From Deltaproteobacteria bacterium (GTDB taxonomy: Bacteria > Desulfobacterota > Syntrophia > Syntrophales > UBA2210), in the NCBI GenBank assembly GCA_016933965.1, contig JAFGTS010000013.1, positions 24,063 to 88,062 on the forward strand: a stretch of DNA of 64,000 nt, in the 5' to 3' direction. Position numbers and translations under genes: made by a program. The notes beneath the pieces were generated by a model. It was given only the letters and a program-made list of their open reading frames with translations. It was not told where the DNA came from and ran no database searches. Below, piece by piece: positions 58,508 to 64,000 of the stretch. Position 1 is the stretch's first letter; the number at the start of each line of letters is the position of its first letter.

Positions 58508-60772
58508 ATGCAAGACAACCATATCGTTTCAACTGGTGACGATAAGGTAGCATGTCTGAAAGCCACCGAACTCTTCAAGGATTCCGACGAAGCAACACTC
58601 GAGCAAATTGCAGCGGCCGTTGAATTGGTGACGTTGAGAAAGGGAGAAATACTCTTCCGGGAAGGTGACCCTTCTGATGGCATGTATATTGTACAAAGCG
58701 GCCGGTTACAGGCATTCACAAGCCGGCGTGGTGGTGTCGAGGTGGTGCTGGGAGAGATCGGAGAGCATTGCACGGTCGGTGAAATGCAGATCCTGGCAGG
58801 AGGGAAACGGACGGCAGGCATACGTGCCCTCACAGATACTCGATTGGCGAAACTTTCTCAAAAGTCTTTCGATGAGATCACTGCAAAGGATCCCCGGATC
58901 GTTCATGAAATGATCCAGCTCACCCGACGGCGGTTGCGACGCAACGAACTTGCCATGATGCTTACCGCGGTGTTCGGTCACATGAATGAAAAAATTCTCT
59001 GTTTGATCGAATCCGAGATGGAGTGGATCCGGCTTGAACCGGGCGACTGCCTTTTCAGGGAGGGCGAAGCGGGGGACAGTCTCTATATCGTCGTCAGCGG
59101 CCGCCTGAAAGCGGTGGCTCAGGACAGCGAGGGCAGGGAACGAACGGTTGGCTACATTCTCAGAGGAGAAAGCGTCGGTGAAATGGCCGTTTTTGCTGAA
59201 ACGCCCCGATCGGCCACCGTGTACGCAATGCGTGAGAGCGAACTTGCCGGGTTGACAAGAGAAACACTGGAAAGAATTCTGTCCAAAAATCCGCAGGTGA
59301 TGCTGGCGATCACGAAGATCATTATCGACCGTTTGAGAAAAACGATCACCTCAGCCATGCCGGAAACGACGGGACTCAACCTCGCACTGATCGCCGCCGG
59401 TCCCGATGTTCCCCTGTCCGATTTCGTTCTTCGTCTTACCACTGCAATGTCGAAATACGGTGATACGCTGCATCTGAACAGCGAACGACTGAACAGTGTC
59501 TTTGAAACAAAAGAGATCTCAGACACGGCAAAGGACAACCCGTTCCACATCAGGCTCTCAATATGGCTTGACGAACAGGATGCGCGATTCCGCTATGTAA
59601 TATACGAAGCTGACCGCTCGGCATCGAACTGGACGGATCGATGCATCCATCGGGCCGATAGGGTCATGATCGTTGCGCGGTCAGCAGACACCCCGGCACT
59701 GGGTGAATCAGGTGCATTGCTCAGGAAACGCAAAGAGGATGACGCATCGTTCCACCAGACCCTGGTCCTACTGTACCCGAACGGCAATACCTTACCTTCC
59801 GGAACAAAACGCTGGCTTGATATTGGAGATTTTGCAGAACATCACCACGTTCGATGGGATCATGATGAAGATTTTGAACGATTGGCACGGTTCATCACGG
59901 GGAATGCGGTCGGCCTTGTCCTGGGAGGGGGGGGCGCACGCGGTTTCGCTCATCTCGGGGTTGTAAAGGCATTCGGGGAACTGGGAATACCCATCGACAT
60001 GGTGTGCGGAACCAGCATGGGCTCGATCATTGCGGCCTTTCCCGCCATGCAGTGGAACCACGAAACCTGCCTTGAAAAATGCAAACGGTCCTTCATAGAC
60101 ATAAATCCGTTGAACGATTACACCCTGCCGATTGTCTCGATCATGAGAAGCAGGATGCTTGACAACCAGTTGAAAAATACCTTTGGAGATACACAGATCG
60201 AGGATCTGTGGATAAATTACTTCAGCGTTTCAAGCAATCTCAGTACGGCAGAGGTGGTGGTTTCCCGAAGGGGGCCCCTCTGGCGTGCCGTTCGCTCAAG
60301 TGTCTCACTGCCGGGAATCGCCGTTCCCGTTATTCATGGTAATGAATTGCTTGTGGACGGCGGCGTTCTCAACAATGTCCCGGCGGACATCATGCGGGAA
60401 CTCTGTAACGGTTTCGTCATCGCCGTGGATGTCGGCAAGGAACGGAGCATGACCATTGATATGGAAGAAATTCCGTCACCATGGAAAATATTTTTTAACC
60501 GGTTATTCCCCTTCAAGAAGATTCCTCCCGTTCCCGGCATGTTGCAGATATTGGGACAAACGACACTTCTGGGCAGCATCAACCGGGCCCATACAACCAT
60601 GAAGGACGCCGATCTCTATCTCCAGCCTCCGGTCGAGCAGTTTTCGCTTCTGGAATGGAAATCACTCATGGATATCGCCGAAACGGGATACCGATACGCG
60701 AAGCCGGAGATCGAGAACTGGCTGAGCTGTGATCCCGAACGAAAATGCCGCATCATGCCCGTTAAGGCCTGA
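58508..60772 (+). CDS. NTE-like protein with two cyclic-nucleotide-binding (CAP effector) domains and a patatin-like phospholipase domain
   Basis: Two cNMP-domain cores (FREGDPSDGMYIVQSGRL...GEIGEHCTVGEMQIL and FREGEAGDSLYIVVSGRL...GESVGEMAVF). Patatin motifs GGGGARG (oxyanion), GTSMG (GxSxG) and DGGVLNNVP (catalytic Asp). Confidence 0.8.
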   Translation: MQDNHIVSTGDDKVACLKATELFKDSDEATLEQIAAAVELVTLRKGEILFREGDPSDGMYIVQSGRLQAFTSRRGGVEVVLGEIGEHCTVGEMQILAGGKRTAGIRALTDTRLAKLSQKSFDEITAKDPRIVHEMIQLTRRRLRRNELAMMLTAVFGHMNEKILCLIESEMEWIRLEPGDCLFREGEAGDSLYIVVSGRLKAVAQDSEGRERTVGYILRGESVGEMAVFAETPRSATVYAMRESELAGLTRETLERILSKNPQVMLAITKIIIDRLRKTITSAMPETTGLNLALIAAGPDVPLSDFVLRLTTAMSKYGDTLHLNSERLNSVFETKEISDTAKDNPFHIRLSIWLDEQDARFRYVIYEADRSASNWTDRCIHRADRVMIVARSADTPALGESGALLRKRKEDDASFHQTLVLLYPNGNTLPSGTKRWLDIGDFAEHHHVRWDHDEDFERLARFITGNAVGLVLGGGGARGFAHLGVVKAFGELGIPIDMVCGTSMGSIIAAFPAMQWNHETCLEKCKRSFIDINPLNDYTLPIVSIMRSRMLDNQLKNTFGDTQIEDLWINYFSVSSNLSTAEVVVSRRGPLWRAVRSSVSLPGIAVPVIHGNELLVDGGVLNNVPADIMRELCNGFVIAVDVGKERSMTIDMEEIPSPWKIFFNRLFPFKKIPPVPGMLQILGQTTLLGSINRAHTTMKDADLYLQPPVEQFSLLEWKSLMDIAETGYRYAKPEIENWLSCDPERKCRIMPVKA

Positions 60773-60816
60773 AAGAGGAACGGTGGAAGGATCGAGGGAT
60801 CGGGTCGGGGGGGGAA

Positions 60817-62076
60817 ATGAGATACCGCAATCCATTCCTCAAGAACATTACGGCGTCACCGGCGGAGACGCACGTCAGACGCCTGGTGCGGAACTGGGCG
60901 GACCGTGTCGTCATTCCGCAGCGCAGACTCTTTGACGAGGACTGGAAGGAACACGAGATCATCGAGCCGGCGATCAAATCGCTCATTGCCGATATGGGGT
61001 TCCAGAAGGCCCTGTTCCCCGCGGAATTCGGGGGGTGGAACCTGGGGCAGAGCGATTCCCCGGCCACCTTCGCGGGCTGGCTCCTTGAAGAAGTGTCCCG
61101 GGCCGATTCCGGGATCTGCATGTCACTGGTCCTGTGCTTCTGGCCCCTGGTCATGATAACCGTAAAGCCCCACATAAACCGGCGGCTCTGTGCCGAATTC
61201 GCGCCGCTCTTCAAATCCGATAAACCGCGCTTTGCCGCGATCGCCATGACGGAACCGCAGGGCGGGTGTGATATAGAGAATATCGGTCTGCTTCGGGGAC
61301 GGACGATCCGAACGACGGCCCTTCGTGACGGTGACGAGTGGGTCATAACCGGCCATAAGCTCTGGCCGAGCAACACGGGGGGAACGGCGGACCTCTTCGG
61401 CGTGGTATGCACCACCAATCCCGGTTCGGACGATGACAGGGATATCGCCTATATCTATGTGCCGGCGGACCTGCCCGGTGTTACCCAGGGCGCGCCTTAT
61501 GAGAAGGCGGGAATGGCGGCGGACCGTAACAGCGATATCTGGTTTGAAGATGTTCGGGTGCCGCTGTGGTACCGGGCCTGGGGACCGGGCCTGGACGCGC
61601 TCTATTTCAAGGAGGTCATGGCCTTCGGCGGCCTCGCCTCTCAGGTCTGCACGGGGGTCATGATCAATGTCTATGAGATCCTCAATGACTTCTGCTCACG
61701 GAAGACACTGCGGGGGGTGCCCCTGAAAGAACATGATGCCGTGGCCGCAGAACTGTCCGAGATAGTGACCGCCCTTGAAACCTGCCGGGCTGCCGCCTTT
61801 CACCTGGCCTCGGTGCTTGACCGTCCCGACCGCCATGGCCCGCGGTGGAGCGACGAGATCATTGCCCGATCACGTGCCTGCAAGATGTTTGTGGCCGACA
61901 CCTGTCTTCGTGAGTGTGAACGGGCCATGGAAATACTCAGCGCCTATGGTGCCGACAGCGAATGGGACATAGAAAAACACTGGCGGGACCTCAAGATCGT
62001 TCAGCTCTTCGAAGGGGGGAAACAGCTCTGCCAGATGGAAACCGCCCGGTATTACTTCGACTGCAAAACACTCTGA
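60817..62076 (+). CDS. Acyl-CoA dehydrogenase family protein
   Basis: ACAD fold motifs (…IAMTEPQGGCDI…, …WVITGHKLWPSN…). C-terminal helical domain with catalytic-base region …LFEGGKQLCQMET…. Confidence 0.8.
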   Translation: MRYRNPFLKNITASPAETHVRRLVRNWADRVVIPQRRLFDEDWKEHEIIEPAIKSLIADMGFQKALFPAEFGGWNLGQSDSPATFAGWLLEEVSRADSGICMSLVLCFWPLVMITVKPHINRRLCAEFAPLFKSDKPRFAAIAMTEPQGGCDIENIGLLRGRTIRTTALRDGDEWVITGHKLWPSNTGGTADLFGVVCTTNPGSDDDRDIAYIYVPADLPGVTQGAPYEKAGMAADRNSDIWFEDVRVPLWYRAWGPGLDALYFKEVMAFGGLASQVCTGVMINVYEILNDFCSRKTLRGVPLKEHDAVAAELSEIVTALETCRAAAFHLASVLDRPDRHGPRWSDEIIARSRACKMFVADTCLRECERAMEILSAYGADSEWDIEKHWRDLKIVQLFEGGKQLCQMETARYYFDCKTL

Positions 62077-62123
62077 AACCCGCTGTTTCCAAGCGGTGTG
62101 TTTCGGGATATGTGTAAGTTTGT

Positions 62124-62951
62124 TTAAGAAGCCTCCTTCTTCATTTCATACATGTGGACATCCTGCTGCGGGAAGGGAATGGTGATGCCTTCCTCGTCGA
62201 ACCGTTTCTTGACTGTTTCTCTCAGGGCAAAGAACAGGTCCCAGTAATCAGCCGATTTGATCCAGGGTCGAACGGCAAAATTAACGCTGCTGTCCGCCAG
62301 CTCGACGATCGCCACCATGGGGGCGGGTTCCTTCAGTACCCGGGGCTCGGCCGCGAGAATGTCGAGAAGCACCTTTTTCACTTTCTGAAGGTCGTCTCCA
62401 TAACTGACACCGAAGACAAGGTCCAGCCGCCGTGTTTTTTCCGCGGTGTAGTTGATGATGATATCACCGGAAAGCTTCGCGTTGGGAATGATGATGACAC
62501 GGTTGTCGGGCGTCTTGAGGGTGGTGGTGAATATCTCGATCTTCTCAACGCTCCCGGCAATGCCGGCGGCTTCGATATAATCACCGACCTTGAAAGGACG
62601 GAAGATGAGAACAAGGACCCCCGCGGCGAAATTCGCCAGTGAGCCCTGCAATGCCAGGGCGACGGCGAGACCGGCGGCACCGATAATGGCGATAAGGGAA
62701 GCGGTCTGAATGCCCAGTTTACTGAGGGCAGCTATAACCACTACCGTCAGCATCAGGACATAGGCGAGATTGGTGACGAAGGGTATGATGGAAGCATCTA
62801 CCTTTGACTTCTCCAGGAGCTTTCTGATGAGCTTCCTGAGAACCTTGGCGACCCAGCGCCCGATCACGAATATCAGGATCGCGGCGATGATGTTGAGCCC
62901 GTAAAAGGCGGCCCACTCCTTGAGTTGTGGGATGATGGTGTTTACGTCCAT
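62124..62951 (-). CDS. Small-conductance mechanosensitive channel (MscS family)
   Basis: Three N-terminal TM helices, a pore-lining TM3 rich in Gly/Ala (IIGAAGLAVALALQGSLANFAAGVLVL), and a C-terminal MscS beta domain. Confidence 0.8.
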   Translation of the reverse strand: MDVNTIIPQLKEWAAFYGLNIIAAILIFVIGRWVAKVLRKLIRKLLEKSKVDASIIPFVTNLAYVLMLTVVVIAALSKLGIQTASLIAIIGAAGLAVALALQGSLANFAAGVLVLIFRPFKVGDYIEAAGIAGSVEKIEIFTTTLKTPDNRVIIIPNAKLSGDIIINYTAEKTRRLDLVFGVSYGDDLQKVKKVLLDILAAEPRVLKEPAPMVAIVELADSSVNFAVRPWIKSADYWDLFFALRETVKKRFDEEGITIPFPQQDVHMYEMKKEAS

Positions 62952-63214
62952 AAGCCGGTCCTCCTTTTTGTGTGGGTAAGTGTGGAATGATACAGAAAAA
63001 ACTCATTATTGCCTATAGTTATTTTTGAGTCCTGCGTAAGATGTCCATTAATTTAGGTTTTCCTCCCGTTCAGTTAACGTGCCGGTCATCATGGCATGGG
63101 AATTGCATATTTAATGTAGGGTTTCTTCGGGAACCCGGTATTTCTGAAAACGATATAATATCAAGGTGTTGGGAGTGAGATCCTCCACGTGCCGTAAGAT
63201 CGGGAGTTGTGTTA

Positions 63215-64000
63215 TGTCAGCCTATGACCCCTCGGATTGGAGACGCAAGGTAGTCTCTCCTGAAAAAATAATAGAAAAGATACGGCCGGGTATGAAGATA
63301 TTTCTCGGTACCGGCGCCGCCGAGCCGCGTACCCTGGTCAGGCACCTCAAAGAATCAAAATCGACAAACCTGAGAGACCTGGAACTGATACAGCTTCTGA
63401 GCCTTGGCGAAGCGCTGCCGACCGACAGGGATTATAACTATAAATACCGGCTGAAGACCTTTTTCTCGGGGTGGGTCGCCAGCGAGGCCATCGCGGCGGG
63501 CAGGATCGATTACATCCCCGGCTACTTTTCAAAGATCCCCCTCATGGTGAGCACTGGTGTCATCGATATTGATGCCGCCTTTGTTCAGATCACGCCGCCT
63601 GACGAAAAGGGGTTTTGCAGCATCGGCGTTGCCGTTGACATGGCACGGCGTTCAATGGAACGGGCTTCACTGGTAGTGGGTGAGATCAATGAAGCGATCC
63701 CCTTTACCATGGGGGATACCATCGTGCATGTCAATGAACTCAATTATCTCGTTCAATCCACGGAACCGCCCCTCTATTTCCCGCGCATCCCCCCTTCGGA
63801 GGTGCACGAACGGATCGCCGCGCACATCGCCACCGTTGTTGAAGACGGCAGCTGCATATCCTTCGCCATCGGCCCCATATTTGACGCCCTCTGGAAATGC
63901 CTTGCCCACAAGAAGAACCTCGGCGTTCATTCGATCATGATGACCGACGCCCTCATGGACCTTATCAAGAGCGGCGCCGTGACAAACAGGAACAAGCGCA
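63215..64000 (+). CDS. Acetyl-CoA hydrolase/transferase family protein (4-hydroxybutyrate CoA-transferase-like), 5' part; runs off the window end
   Basis: Manual translation from ATG 63215: MSAYDPSDWRRKVVSPEKIIEKIRPGMKIFLGTGAAEPRTL...GYFSKIPLMVSTGVIDIDAAFVQITPPDEKGFCSIGVAVD. Typical N-terminal domain of the CoA-transferase family III/ACH1. Confidence 0.65.

Noticed and set aside
58508-60772. cNMP/patatin protein as a CBASS/Pycsar-type antiphage effector
   Set aside because: No cyclase (CD-NTase or PycC) and no SAVED/TIR/TM effector architecture. The 2x cNMP plus patatin layout matches housekeeping NTE-family proteins.
54265-62100. Integrated prophage or ICE next to the tRNA genes
   Set aside because: No integrase, excisionase or phage structural genes and no att duplication were found. 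Only the composition shift is retained, as a finding.

Overview
High-GC (about 58-60%) bacterial chromosomal segment. Gene content (anaerobic glycerol-3-phosphate dehydrogenase GlpABC, glutaconate-type CoA-transferase, sigma-54/NifA-type regulation, archaeal-type split glutamate synthase) is most consistent with an anaerobic deltaproteobacterium-like organism (Syntrophia/Desulfobacterota-like); this is inference only. Coding density is high on both strands.

Main blocks, in order:
(1) glpC(partial)-glpB-glpA operon, a class-III aminotransferase, and a 750-bp non-coding gap.
(2) A cupin, a hypothetical protein, a BON lipoprotein whose upstream region holds a complex tandem-repeat and palindrome array, then RNase G plus a radical-SAM/DUF2344 fusion, mdh, purU, a methyltransferase, a Zn-ribbon NUDIX protein and an amidohydrolase.
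(3) A fatty-acyl-CoA ligase with CoA-transferase A/B, a minimal sufC-sufBD pair, a Cys-rich hypothetical, hpt, a zinc-ribbon protein and an RCK-gated K+ channel.
(4) A 1209-aa secreted FG-GAP/CARDB-like giant protein.
(5) A nitrogen-assimilation supercluster: amtB-glnK-glnA-flotillin on the minus strand, divergent from a NifA-like sigma-54 activator, followed by a sigma-54 promoter, a second GS (type I-alpha), GATase1 and a three-gene archaeal-type split GOGAT.
(6) pyrG, then a 1262-aa GlmS-like class-II amidotransferase/SIS giant protein translationally coupled to hisH-hisF, an FAD oxidoreductase and a rhomboid-DnaJ-CTD fusion.
(7) tRNA-Gln and tRNA-Glu followed by a lower-GC segment with a consensus sigma-70 promoter.
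(8) An acyl-CoA synthetase, an APH-like kinase, a cNMP/patatin (NTE-like) protein and an ACAD, read here as an ACAD10/11-like split module, then MscS and a partial acetyl-CoA hydrolase/transferase.

No CRISPR array, integrase or transposase was recognised.
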